From Verrucomicrobiaceae bacterium (GTDB lineage: Bacteria > Verrucomicrobiota > Verrucomicrobiia > Verrucomicrobiales > Akkermansiaceae), in contig JBPOGH010000002.1 in the NCBI GenBank assembly GCA_051252135.1, positions 288,001-352,000 on the forward strand: DNA of 64,000 nucleotides, given 5' to 3'. The position numbers and the translations under genes were made by a program. Positions 1 to 11,900 of this stretch are shown here, piece after piece; positions within the stretch are counted from its first letter, which is position 1; each line of letters starts with the position of its first letter. The notes under the pieces were generated by a model that saw only the letters and a program-made list of their open reading frames with translations, was not told where the DNA came from and did no database searches.

Positions 1-638
1 TGGGAGCGGGCGTTGCGGGTTTGGACGCCGTTGAGGGTTTCATCGTATTTTGAATTGGGCTCGCGGCCGACGGTGTAGGTGACGCCGGCCTTGGCCATGA
101 GGTCGCCCTCATAGGTGCCATCGATGAAGATTTTTCCGCGGTAGGCGTCGCCGGATTCCATGCGGATTTCGGTGATGTTGGGGCCTTCTTTGGTGACGCC
201 GTTTTTGAGATCGAGGCGTTGGCCGTGGACGACCTGGACTTTGGCCTCGGCGAGCATGGCGCGGAGGGTGTCCTCGGCGATGCGGGGCTCGAAGCGCCAG
301 ATGGCGTCGTCGGATTTCTTGTAGTAGGCGTAGTCGGCAGCTTGTTGTTGTCGCCACGCGTCGGGTTGGTGGTAGTGCTGCTGGAGGCGCTGGTAGAATT
401 CGCGTGAGATGCCGCCGATGACTTCGCGCTTGCCGGAGTCCGTCATGCCGAGGCCGCCGGAGGTGAGGCCGCCGACGTGTGATGAGGGCTCGATGAGGAT
501 GACGCTTTTTCCCATGCGGGAGGTCTGGATGGCGGCGGCGACGCCGGCGGAGGTGCCGCCGTAGACGATGACATCGCGCTCGATGTGAGACGCGTGGGCG
601 AGGATGGGGATGAGAAGGAGGGAGAGCGCTTTGAGCAT
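1..638 (-). CDS. FAD-dependent oxidoreductase, secreted (partial; runs off the window's left edge)
   Basis: Manual translation from ATG at 638: MLKALSLLLIPILAHASHIERDVIVYGGTSAGVAAAIQTSRMGKSVILIEPSSHVGGLTSGGLG, i.e. signal peptide plus Rossmann FAD-binding motif. Absent from the ORF track because it is truncated. Confidence 0.85.
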   Translation of the reverse strand, partial: MLKALSLLLIPILAHASHIERDVIVYGGTSAGVAAAIQTSRMGKSVILIEPSSHVGGLTSGGLGMTDSGKREVIGGISREFYQRLQQHYHQPDAWRQQQAADYAYYKKSDDAIWRFEPRIAEDTLRAMLAEAKVQVVHGQRLDLKNGVTKEGPNITEIRMESGDAYRGKIFIDGTYEGDLMAKAGVTYTVGREPNSKYDETLNGVQTRNARS

Positions 639-683
639 GACTTGGTGAGAGAGATACCTTGATAGAGGCACAAACTTTTCAAG

Positions 684-1205
684 TTATGGGCTCCAGCGGA
701 CGGCAGCTCCGAGGGCGATGAGGGCGCCGCGGCGGTGGGTTTTGAGGAGGGAGGCGGGCATGGGGGAGTCTGGGCCCTCGAGGGGGAGGCGGATGAGGAG
801 GGCTTCCTGGCCGTCCCAGCTGTAGAGTTTGAGGCGGGCGAAGCCGTTTTTTTCATCGTGGAAGAAGACGATGAGGCCGTCGGGGTTTTCGATTTTTTCG
901 AAGAGGGTTGGGAGTTTTTTGGCGTCCTTGGTGTTGAGGAGGGCGTCGAAGGAGAGGTCGGCTTCCTTTAATTTGAGGATGGTGAGCTTGAGGTTGTGTT
1001 CGTTCCAGGGGAAGGCGTTGCCGATGGCGGCATCGACATAGAGTGCGCGCATGTCTTTTTCGAGGAGCTCGGCGAGGCGGATGCTGGCCTTGGAGCGGGT
1101 GCCGGTGGTGGCATCGAGGAAGGCGAGGTTGACGCCGCGTGATCCGGCGGAGAGCGAGGTGGGGAGGAGGAGGGAGATGATGAGGAGGAGGATGGAGAGG
1201 CGCAT
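684..1205 (-). CDS. Hypothetical exported protein
   Basis: 173-aa ORF with hydrophobic signal peptide (MRLSILLLIISLLLPTSLSA), co-oriented between the sulfatase and the oxidoreductase. Confidence 0.7.
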   Translation of the reverse strand: MRLSILLLIISLLLPTSLSAGSRGVNLAFLDATTGTRSKASIRLAELLEKDMRALYVDAAIGNAFPWNEHNLKLTILKLKEADLSFDALLNTKDAKKLPTLFEKIENPDGLIVFFHDEKNGFARLKLYSWDGQEALLIRLPLEGPDSPMPASLLKTHRRGALIALGAAVRWSP

Positions 1206-1223
1206 GGGATTGGTTGGGTTTGC

Positions 1224-2672
<1,449 letters not shown>

Positions 2673-2768
2673 CGTGGTATTCTTTAAAAAATGGCGGGGA
2701 ATGCGAGGATGAAGAACGGAGGTGGACTCGTGAGTTGAGAAGTGGCGGAGGAAGTGTCATCGTCGGGG

Positions 2769-3575
2769 ATGCGATTTGCGGTCCTGAGTCTGTTGATGGG
2801 TGTGTCTCTTTATGGGCAGGAGGTTTTGAGTCAAAAGGCGGTGCATGCGGAGGGGTGCGGGCCGTGTGCTTTGGTGAATCAGCTGCGGATGGGAGGAGCG
2901 GCGGAGCGGGCGGGGTATGAGAAGTTGCCGGGGAAGACGGCGGAGGCGAAGGCGCGGGGGATTATCGGGAAGTATGGGAATCGGGTGTCGCCGACGTATC
3001 GTGACGGTCGTGCGGTGTTTCGCAAATCGGGCGTGACGTGGCAGGACATGCAGCGGCTGGCGAACTGGGTGCGGAGTGATGTGGGCTTGCCGGAGCTGGA
3101 GGAAGCGTATCTGGACCGGAAGAAGGATGAGGGGCTGGACCCGCATCTTAAGAGGATTCACGGGTTGCTGAAGGGGTCGCTGGATGAGGGGGTGATGCCG
3201 ATCATTTCGTTTCGATCGTTTGGGGCATCGTATACGGAGGAGGGAGGCGGGTGGTTGTGGAAGCCGCTCTATGGGCACTTTGTGCTGATGACGGAGATTC
3301 AGGAGGAGTTGGCGGAGGGAGAGAAGGGGTTTCGTTTTCGGTTTGCGGATTCGGCGACGGGGCAGGTGGAGACGGGGTATGCGCATTTATCCGAGGCGCG
3401 GAATTTTACGGCGGTGAAGGGGAGTCAGAAGGATTGGGTGTGGGCTCCGAACCGGCCGTTTTTGGTGGTGACGGCTCCGACCTTGCGGCTGAAGGTGCAG
3501 GATCACGAGTGGTATGCGCGGACGTTTATTACCTTGAATCATGCGGTGTACGCGGAAACGGAGCGGGAGGACTAA
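2769..3575 (+). CDS. Exported protein, putative papain-fold (C39-like) cysteine peptidase
   Basis: Signal peptide MRFAVLSLLMGVSLYG; GCGPCAL, GHFVL and FADS resemble a Cys-His-Asp triad. Start moved to ATG 2769. Confidence 0.55.
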   Translation: MRFAVLSLLMGVSLYGQEVLSQKAVHAEGCGPCALVNQLRMGGAAERAGYEKLPGKTAEAKARGIIGKYGNRVSPTYRDGRAVFRKSGVTWQDMQRLANWVRSDVGLPELEEAYLDRKKDEGLDPHLKRIHGLLKGSLDEGVMPIISFRSFGASYTEEGGGWLWKPLYGHFVLMTEIQEELAEGEKGFRFRFADSATGQVETGYAHLSEARNFTAVKGSQKDWVWAPNRPFLVVTAPTLRLKVQDHEWYARTFITLNHAVYAETERED

Positions 3576-3608
3576 AGCCTCACCGCTCCGTTGTTTTACC
3601 CGAGTTTG

Positions 3609-4394
3609 TTAGGCGCGCTGGCGGCGCAGGAGGGCGAGGGTTCCTCCAAGAAGTGAGAGGAGGACCGATGATGGTTCGGGCACGGGGGTGCCGACGATTT
3701 GGATGCCGTTGATGATGGAGATGTCGTTATTCGGGAGGAGGACGGCGGGGGTGGAGGCGATGCGGAAGTTGAGATCGTCCATGCCGCTGAACTTGATGTA
3801 GTTCCCGGAGGATGCACCGGTGCCGTTGATGTAGTTCGAGCCGGCGACGGTTCCGAAGGCGGGGGATGATTCAGTGAGCGATTCCGGGAGGAAGCCGGTG
3901 CCGACACTGGTGTAGCTGATCTCGGAAAGGCCGCCCGGGCCGTTGTTGTGAGAGCTGTAGATGTAGACGTCATATGAGGACCAGCCGAGGGAGGCGAGGC
4001 TGGCGATGGTGACATCGACGGTGACAGGGATAGCGGAGGGAGGGGACATGCTGGTGAGGAAGGTGGCGATGCCGCGGCTCATCATTTGATCATCACCGGG
4101 GCCTGGGATGCTGCCACCGACGTATCCGGGAACATCCCAGGACATGGTGGAGTTCCATTGGACGGCTACTCCGGAAACGGTGCCGGCACCGGTGAGGGGG
4201 GAGACCCCTCCGGAGAGGCCGAAGGCAGGTTCCCAAAACTGGGCGGGAACGACTCCGGCGGTATCGGAGGAGACCATGGGTGGGGTGGAGCTGGTGCCCA
4301 TGAAATCGACCGAGACGGTAGTGGCCGAGGCCATGCCGGTGAGGGAGAGAGTGAGGGCGGTGAGTTTGCAGGTGGTGAACGCAATAGTTTTCAT
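3609..4394 (-). CDS. PEP-CTERM sorting domain protein
   Basis: Signal peptide; C-terminus VPEPSSVLLSLLGGTLALLRRQRA. Confidence 0.92.
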   Translation of the reverse strand: MKTIAFTTCKLTALTLSLTGMASATTVSVDFMGTSSTPPMVSSDTAGVVPAQFWEPAFGLSGGVSPLTGAGTVSGVAVQWNSTMSWDVPGYVGGSIPGPGDDQMMSRGIATFLTSMSPPSAIPVTVDVTIASLASLGWSSYDVYIYSSHNNGPGGLSEISYTSVGTGFLPESLTESSPAFGTVAGSNYINGTGASSGNYIKFSGMDDLNFRIASTPAVLLPNNDISIINGIQIVGTPVPEPSSVLLSLLGGTLALLRRQRA

Positions 4395-4570
4395 TTTTTG
4401 GATGGATTTAGGTTGTGGGGATTTCCCCTTCACCTGCTCCATCGCGAGGGATGAAAACGAATGTCAGATTTAGTGGATTTTTTTTGAGGCGTTGGGCGAA
4501 AATGGTTAGAGATTCAAAATGATTAAGTTTTCTTGATTATCCGAAATCAGTTTTTTAGCATTTCTATGCT

Positions 4571-5839
4571 TTGAATATTTCCGGCCTTCCCCAGCAAGTT
4601 GTCGTTCTTTCGTTCGGCCTTATTTCGTCATCAGTTCTTTCCGCGCAGACCCTGCGATCGAGTGATGATTTTTTTAGCGAGGGATTTTTCCTGGATACGA
4701 ATCTGGAGTATTCGAAGCATATGCTCTCGTTGCAGCGCGGGGTGACGGACAAGTCGATCCATCTGTTGGAATCGCTGCGGGATGGGAAGCTGGAGACGGG
4801 TAAGGTTTATTTGTCGGGTCACGGGTCGTATTCGCATTACGAGGAGCGGACCGATACGGCGGGTAAGTTTCCGATTCTGGGGCGTTTTCCGGAGCAGCAT
4901 AATGCCACAAGAACGTCGGGGAGTGAGGATGTGATCGATATTTTGAGCATGTCGCTGACGTATGCGCCATCGCCCTGGGTGGCGGTGTATGTGAACGGGA
5001 TTTATACGGACATTGAGTTTCCGCGGCAGGAGGAGGCGCAGATTCGGGAAGGATTTGTGACGATTGGTAATTTGCAGGAGAGTCCGTTCTATGCGGCGGC
5101 GGGTAAGAAGACGGTCAACTTTGGCAGGATGGACGCTTACAATCCGACGACGCACACGGTGACGAATCACTTTTACCGGACGGACATGAGGGACATGGTG
5201 CTGGAGTTGGGCTATGTGTCCGATGACTGGCATTTTACGATTTCGGCGATGGAGGGCGGGCGGCAGTTGCGGGTGGCGGACTCGACGAACGACGACTTTT
5301 TGGGGAATTTTGCGCTCACGGCGCAGCGGAATTTTGAGTGCGGCGACTGGGATATCTCGGTGGGTGCGGGTTACTTGAATAGTTCGATTTACGATAGTGA
5401 TTCGGCAAACCATCCGGGGGTTGCACCGGACCCGTTGACGATGCGTCACCGGAACGGGGTTTACGATGTGTGGGTGGAAGCGAAGAACGGGCCTTGGTCT
5501 TTCCTTGCCGAGTATACCAAGACCGAGCGGGCGTGGCCGGCGACGGGGCGGGCGGTGGAGGCGATCAGCTTGCAGGCGGCGTATGATACGACGATCTGGG
5601 ATCGCCCGACGAGGCTATCGGCATCCTGGGGACGGGGTGAGCAGGGGCGTGCGACCGATCCCTATTACGAGCTGACGCAGCTGGCGGTGGGTGCGGAGAT
5701 GTGGGTGACGCCGAACTTTTCGATGAGCGCGGAGTATGTCTACAACACGGGGTTTGTTCCGTTGATCATGATTTCGCGGGCGTCTGATCCGGGGGTTGAT
5801 ACCGGGACGTTGATTTTGAGCGGGAGGGTGTTTTTCTAA
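4571..5839 (+). CDS. Outer-membrane beta-barrel protein (porin-like, LbtU-like)
   Basis: Signal peptide, alternating amphipathic strands, IREGFVTIGNL..PFY..AGKK.V.FG segment, C-terminal Phe (GRVFF). Confidence 0.6.
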   Translation: MNISGLPQQVVVLSFGLISSSVLSAQTLRSSDDFFSEGFFLDTNLEYSKHMLSLQRGVTDKSIHLLESLRDGKLETGKVYLSGHGSYSHYEERTDTAGKFPILGRFPEQHNATRTSGSEDVIDILSMSLTYAPSPWVAVYVNGIYTDIEFPRQEEAQIREGFVTIGNLQESPFYAAAGKKTVNFGRMDAYNPTTHTVTNHFYRTDMRDMVLELGYVSDDWHFTISAMEGGRQLRVADSTNDDFLGNFALTAQRNFECGDWDISVGAGYLNSSIYDSDSANHPGVAPDPLTMRHRNGVYDVWVEAKNGPWSFLAEYTKTERAWPATGRAVEAISLQAAYDTTIWDRPTRLSASWGRGEQGRATDPYYELTQLAVGAEMWVTPNFSMSAEYVYNTGFVPLIMISRASDPGVDTGTLILSGRVFF

Positions 5840-5894
5840 GAGGTCGGTTGATCTTTATTGATTGAAGACGGAGAGGAGCGGGTCATCCTGCCGC

Positions 5895-8141
5895 ATGATC
5901 TTTCGTGCTCTGTTGGCGGTGTGTTTTCTCCCGGGTCTTTGCTTAGGCGGGGTGGAGGAATTCGTGGAAGCGGCGGCGAAGGAAGGGCCGCTGGCGAAGA
6001 GGGCGGCGGAGTTTTTAGTGGAGGGGATGCCGGAGCGGGATCGGGAGGAGTTGTCGGTGGAGTTTTTGATGGAGAACTTGCGGTTGGCGTTGAAGGCGCG
6101 GGAGGAATTCTCTTGGGCGAAGGCGGTGCCGGAAGGGGTATTTTTTAATGATGTGGTGCCTTATGCCTCGCTGGATGAGACGCGGGAGCGTTGGCGGCCG
6201 GAGTTTTATGAGACGTGCTCGAAGTTGGTGAAGGATTGCGAGTCGACGACGGAGGCGGCGCAGGTGATCAACCGGGAGTTTTTTAAGATCATCGGGGTGC
6301 ACTACAACACGGGGCGGAAGGCACCGAACCAGAGTCCGGCTGAGTCGAAGAAGCTGGGGATGGCGACGTGCACGGGACTGTCGATTATTTTGGTGGATGC
6401 GTGTCGATCGGTGGGGGTGCCGGCGCGGGTTGCGGGGACGGCGTTGTGGGCAAACAAGCGGGGGAATCACACGTGGGTGGAGATTTATGACGGGGGGCAG
6501 TGGTTTTTTACGGGAGCGGACGAGTATGATGCGAAGGGGTTGAATCGGGGATGGTTTGCGGGGGATGCCTCGAAGGCGGTGGCGGATGATTGGCGGCATG
6601 CGATTTGGGCGACGTCGTGGCGGAAGACGGGTGATCATTTCCCGATGGTGTGGAGTTTGAAGGATCGGAGTGTGCCGGCGGTGAATGTGACGTCGCGTTA
6701 TGTGAAGGAAGAGAAGGCGGCGGAAGCGACGGCGTATTTTCGATTGTGGGACAAGCGGGGCGGGGAGCGTTTGGTGGGTGAGTTGAAGGTGAGAGATGAG
6801 ACAGGGAAGGTGTTGGGAACGGTGACGACGAAGGCGGGGACGGCGGACTTGAATGATATGGCGTCGGTGCCGGTGAGAGCGGGCGGGAGTTATCGGGTGG
6901 AAGTGACGGTGGGAGATGAGGTGCGGGAGGAGACGTTTTCGGTAGCGAAAGAGAGTGCGACGCTTGATCTGTATTGGGAGGGGCTGGGGCGGACGGCGGG
7001 TATTTTGGAAGAGGTGAAGGGGTGGCTGGCGTTGCTGCCGGAGGAGCGGCATTTGTCGGTGCCGGAGGGGGGGATGTCCGAGGAAGAGGCGGGTGAGGTG
7101 ACGCGCTTGATTGAGGAGTCGCTTCGGGGAGAGATTTTGGAAGAGAGGAAGCAAGATATGAAGAGGCGCGTGGTGAGGGCGGCGGGGAAGGAAATGAAGT
7201 ATTTGGAGCGAGTGTTTGGAGACGCGCCGGAGGGGGAGAGATCACTTTGGATCTCGATGCATGGAGGGGGAGGTGCGCCGGCGCGAGTGAATGACCAACA
7301 GTGGCAGAATCAGATTCGGCTCTATGAGCCGAAGGAAGGGATTGTGGTGGCTCCGCGGGCGCCGACGAATACGTGGAACCTGTGGCATGAGGGTCACATT
7401 GATGCGCTCTTTGATCGTCTGATTGAGGATATGGTGGCGTTGCGCGGGGTGAATCCGAACAAGGTTTACCTGATGGGATACTCGGCGGGTGGCGATGGGG
7501 TTTACCAACTTGCGCCGCGGATGGCGGATCGGTTTGCGGCGGCATCGATGATGGCAGGGCATCCGAATGATGCGAGTCCGTTGGGCTTACGCAATTTGCC
7601 CTTTATGATTTTTATGGGCGGGGAGGATGCGGCTTATAAGCGGAACGAAATTGCGGCGGAGTGGGGGGAGAAGCTGGCGAAATTTCGGGAGGATGATGCG
7701 GAGGGATATGAGCACAAGGTGACGATTTACAAGGGGCTGGGGCATTGGATGAAGGGGAAGGATCGGGAAGCCTTGCCGTGGATGGCGGAGCGGGTGCGGG
7801 AGCCCTGGCCGAAGAAGGTGGTGTGGCATCAGAGCGGGCGGACGCATGATCGGTTTTACTGGTTGGCGGTGCCGGAGGGGACGGGGATGCGCGGGCAGAC
7901 GGTGCGGGCGGAGGTGAAGGGGCAGGTGATTGGGATCGAGAGTGAGGGGGTGGATACTTTACGGTTGAGGTTGAGTGATGCGCTGGTGGACCTGGATGAC
8001 GAGGTGGTGGTGCGGGTGAATGGGGAGGAGAAATTTAAGGGGAAGGTGGAGCGAGAGGTGCGGGCGATTTGGGAGTCGCTGAATGAGCGATTTGATGGGG
8101 TGACGGTGGCGAGTGCAATTTTGACCATTGATTTGAAATGA
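5895..8141 (+). CDS. Secreted transglutaminase-like domain fused to alpha/beta-hydrolase (esterase/PHB-depolymerase-like)
   Basis: ATCTGLSIILVDACRSVGVPAR and NHTWVEI (TGase-like Cys/His); MHGGG, GYSAGG nucleophile elbow and GLGHW. ATGA overlap with the next gene. Confidence 0.75.
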   Translation: MIFRALLAVCFLPGLCLGGVEEFVEAAAKEGPLAKRAAEFLVEGMPERDREELSVEFLMENLRLALKAREEFSWAKAVPEGVFFNDVVPYASLDETRERWRPEFYETCSKLVKDCESTTEAAQVINREFFKIIGVHYNTGRKAPNQSPAESKKLGMATCTGLSIILVDACRSVGVPARVAGTALWANKRGNHTWVEIYDGGQWFFTGADEYDAKGLNRGWFAGDASKAVADDWRHAIWATSWRKTGDHFPMVWSLKDRSVPAVNVTSRYVKEEKAAEATAYFRLWDKRGGERLVGELKVRDETGKVLGTVTTKAGTADLNDMASVPVRAGGSYRVEVTVGDEVREETFSVAKESATLDLYWEGLGRTAGILEEVKGWLALLPEERHLSVPEGGMSEEEAGEVTRLIEESLRGEILEERKQDMKRRVVRAAGKEMKYLERVFGDAPEGERSLWISMHGGGGAPARVNDQQWQNQIRLYEPKEGIVVAPRAPTNTWNLWHEGHIDALFDRLIEDMVALRGVNPNKVYLMGYSAGGDGVYQLAPRMADRFAAASMMAGHPNDASPLGLRNLPFMIFMGGEDAAYKRNEIAAEWGEKLAKFREDDAEGYEHKVTIYKGLGHWMKGKDREALPWMAERVREPWPKKVVWHQSGRTHDRFYWLAVPEGTGMRGQTVRAEVKGQVIGIESEGVDTLRLRLSDALVDLDDEVVVRVNGEEKFKGKVEREVRAIWESLNERFDGVTVASAILTIDLK

Positions 8142-8893
8142 GCCCGAGACGATATCGATGTGCAAAAGTGGCGGGGCCGATTGAGGTCGATGGATCGCTG
8201 CGGGATCCGGCGTGGAGCGGGGTGCCTTGGAGTGACGACTTTGTGGACATCACGGGGGAAGAGGCGTTGAAGCCGCGGTATCGGACGCGGGTGAAAATGG
8301 CTTGGGATGAGCACTTTTTTTACGTGGGGGCCGAGCTGGAGGAGCCACATGTCTGGGGGACGATCACGGAGAAGAATGCGGTGATGTTTGAGGACAATGA
8401 CTTTGAGGTGTTCATCGATCCGGATGGGGATGGGTTGAATTATTATGAGTTCGAGATCAATGCGCTGGGGACGATTTGGGAGCTGAGTTTGCCGAAGCCG
8501 TATGGGGAGGGCGGGGTGCCGATCTTGGGCTGTAATTTGGAAGGGCTGAAGAGCACGGTGCAGGTGCGGGGGCGGATCAATGATCCCTCGTGTGAGGATG
8601 AGGGGTGGTCGGTGGAAGTGGCCTTTCCGTGGTCGGAGTTGAAGAAGTATCACAAGGAGGGTGCGGTGCCGCCGAAGCCGGGGGATGTGTGGAAGGTGAA
8701 TTTTTCACGGGTGCAGTGGAAGCACGAGGTGGTGGACGGTGGATACGTGCGGATTCCGCCGCATGGGACGCCGATTGCGGAGAGTCTGAATCCGGAAGAG
8801 CAGCCGCATCCGGAAGATAACTGGGTGTGGAGTCCGCAGGGGGCGGTGAACATGCACCTGCCGGGGAGGTGGGGCGAGGTGGAGTTTGCTTAG
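8138..8893 (+). CDS. Carbohydrate-binding family 9-like (DOMON/CBM9) protein
   Basis: IEVDGSL.DPAW, TRVKMAWD, DNDFEVFIDPDGDG..YYEFEINALGT, WSVEVAFPW, NWVWSPQG..NMH motifs. Confidence 0.85.
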   Translation: MSPRRYRCAKVAGPIEVDGSLRDPAWSGVPWSDDFVDITGEEALKPRYRTRVKMAWDEHFFYVGAELEEPHVWGTITEKNAVMFEDNDFEVFIDPDGDGLNYYEFEINALGTIWELSLPKPYGEGGVPILGCNLEGLKSTVQVRGRINDPSCEDEGWSVEVAFPWSELKKYHKEGAVPPKPGDVWKVNFSRVQWKHEVVDGGYVRIPPHGTPIAESLNPEEQPHPEDNWVWSPQGAVNMHLPGRWGEVEFA

Positions 8894-8901
8894 GGGGCGG
8901 G

Positions 8902-11900
8902 TTAGCGTTGGGAGACGTGGATGCGGAGGAGTTGGGCGGGGTGTTGGTCGATGGCGTCGGTGATGCGGTAGGTTTCGGTGGAGGTGCCGTCGCCGTTGTT
9001 TACGGAGTTGAGGAAGGTGACGTCGTCGATGTCGCTGGTCCAGTCGAGGAGGTTGTCGGAGATTTGGATGGTGTATTTGATGTCATCGGCGGCGAGATTT
9101 CGGCGGTAGGAGATGGTGAAGAAATCGCGGGGTGGGTTGCCGGTGCGGGTTTTGGAGGAGAAGGGGAGGATGGTGTCCCGGGCGGATTGGTCCGAGCTGC
9201 CGAAGGCGTATTCGAGGAGGGCGGGGGTGCCGTCGAAGTCGAGGTCGGCATTGGGGGTGCCGGCGAAGAGGGAGGCGTCGGATCCGCCGGGGGTGGGGGT
9301 GCCTACGCTGGGGCGCCAGTTGGTTCCGGAGTTGTGGGCGGGGTTGGCGCCCGGGTTGACGAGGACGAGGCTGGAGCCGCCGCCATCGGCGCTGAGGGGC
9401 CAGGGGAGTTGGTCGTTGAAGGTGAGGCTTTGGATGATGGAGTCATCCCGGGCGACGAGCTCGAGGTATTCGCCATCGTTGTTGAGGTTGCCCTCGAACT
9501 CGCCGGCGATGAGGGAGGCGGGGACGGAGGGGTAGCGTGCGGTGAAGGCTTCGAGCTTATTGACGATGATGAGGCGTGCGCCGGGGGAGAGGATGAGTCC
9601 GGTGAGGGAGTTGGAGAAATTGAAGGTGACCCCTTGGGTGAAGCGGACGTTGGTAAGGTCGACATTTTGCGCGGAGATGTTGGCGATCTCGATGAACTCG
9701 AATTCGCTGCGGTCGGTGAATCCGGCGGCTTCTTCTTCGAGTGAGAGGGAAGCGGGGCGGTAGTCGATTTCCGAGATGACGAGGTTTGTTTCATCGGCGA
9801 GGGCGGTATCGACGAAGAAGAAGGCGGTGTTGAGGGCGGACCACTCGGTGCCGTCGAGGGCGCGGGCCTTGAGGTCTCCGCTGTTGGCGAGGAAGAGGGC
9901 GGAGACGTCGTTGGGTTCGGTGCCGCGGAGGCGGAGGTCGAAGGAGACGTCCGAGCTGGTGCGGGAGATTTGGTGGACTTCGACGGCGAGGACGTTGGTG
10001 CCGTTGACGAGGTGGGAAACGTCGACGGCTTTGTTGTAGAAGGTTGTTTCGTCCGCTCCGCCGACGACATCTCTGGCGGTGGAGTCGAAGTTGATGGGGC
10101 CGTCGTCCATGTTGGAGCGGAAGACCTCGGCTCCATTGAGGTAGACGATGGCTCCGTCATCGCGCTGGAGTTCGAGTGAGAGGGCGGTGAAGTCCGAAGG
10201 GTCACTCACTTCGAATGTACGACGGAAGTAGTAGGTGAGGTGTTTTTGGTTTTCGACGCCCCCGAAGGAAATCTCGGTGGTGGGGTTGTTATCGTAACCG
10301 AGTTGGGCATTTCCGGAGGGCCAGGAGGAGTCATTGAAGGCGGATTCCTTCCAGGCGGTGCCTTGGTCGGAGCCGTCGTCGAGATACTTCCATTCGGAGC
10401 CATCGGCGACGAGGGTGGTGGTGTTGACGGAGCCATCATAGATGGTGGCATCGGGATTGATGGTGCCGCCGGGGAGGCGGGGGTCGGAGCCGTTGGTGGT
10501 GTAGTAGATGGCGCCGGAGGTGTTGGACATGGTGAGTTCGGTGGCGCTGGAAATATGGCCGCCGTGTTGGCTGAAGACGGGGGCGTCGGTTCCGGGGTAG
10601 AGATTGGCGCCCCGGAGTTGCGAGAGGGCGACATTGGTGCGCTGGGGGAGGTAGGAATTGAGGAGGCGGTCGCGCTCGGTGGCCCACTCGGCATTGCGGG
10701 TGTAGGGATTGGCGCGCTTGGAGTCTCCCCAGCGGGCGGACTCGCCGACGATGGCGCGATCGATGAACGTGGCGAGGGCCTGGTAGCGGGGGACGGTTTG
10801 TTGGGAGGTGAGTGCTCCGCCATTGAACATGTGTTGGTGGGCGCGGTCGGCAAACTGGAGGCGGAACTCGGCGTTGGCGCGGAGTTGGGAGTAGAGGCGC
10901 GAGGGTTTGTCGGCTTGGCCGACGCCGGTTTTGTTGTCGCCGCCGAGGTTTTCGAGGGAGCGTTCGGCGTCCCAGCAGACGAACTTGTATCCGCCGCCAT
11001 CAACGCGGGGGTTGATGGAGTACCAGTTGTGGTCATCCCAATCGAGGTTGCCGCCCCAGAAGTTGAGCATCATGTAGTCGATGAGGTTGGGGATATCGAC
11101 GAACTCGGAAAGGGCGTCGTATCCGGCTTGATCACCGACTCCGGCGTTGGCGATGTTGTGGGCTTGGATCCAGTCGGCGGCGGTGCCATCGACGACATTG
11201 CGCGGGTAGGAATTGAGGGCGTCCCAGTCTTCTTTTTTACCGCCGTAGTAGGATGAGCCGAAGTCGGCATTGGGTCGTTCGACGGCGTTGTAGATGCCCC
11301 AGTATTCGCCATTGAGGTAGAGGTGGAAGAAGGTGCCGTGCGGGGAGGCGTGGCCCATGGCGAGTTGGGAGTTGTGGATGAATTGGTCGCGGAGGTATTG
11401 GGCGCGTTCTTCCTCGGAAGTGACGCCACGGTGCCAGGTGTTGTTGAAGCCGGACCGGAGGATGATGCTATCGAAGGTTTCGACGGCACCATTTGCATCC
11501 TCGGTGGCATCCCGGAAGAGAGGGAAGCGGAGCTTGGTGTCTCCGTAGTCGCGCTTGAAGAGGAGGCGGAAGCTGTGCTTGGGGAAGTTGGCATTGCGTC
11601 CGACGCCGCCTTGCATACGGACGCCGCACATGAGTTGTTTGTCATTTCGGCCATCGGGGTAGACGAACTCGACGGAGCCCTGGCGTTCCCAGGCGATGCC
11701 GGATTGATTGGAGTTATCGTAGATGCCGCTGCCGCCGAAGAGGCTGTTGTTGGGCATGGAGAGGGAGATGGTGGGGATGGATTTCAGGTCATCGCGGATG
11801 GTGCTGCTGTAGGCCGGGTCATCGACGACATCGGAATCCATTTCCGGTTGGTTGATGATGTCATCGACGAAGAAGTAGGTGTGGGCGTCGATGTTGGTGG

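Noticed and set aside
4505..4535. GTTAGA upstream of the porin gene as a fourth ECF promoter, and a possible Fur box
   Set aside because: Lacks the GGNAGT element at N13; the best Fur-box match is only about 10 of 19.
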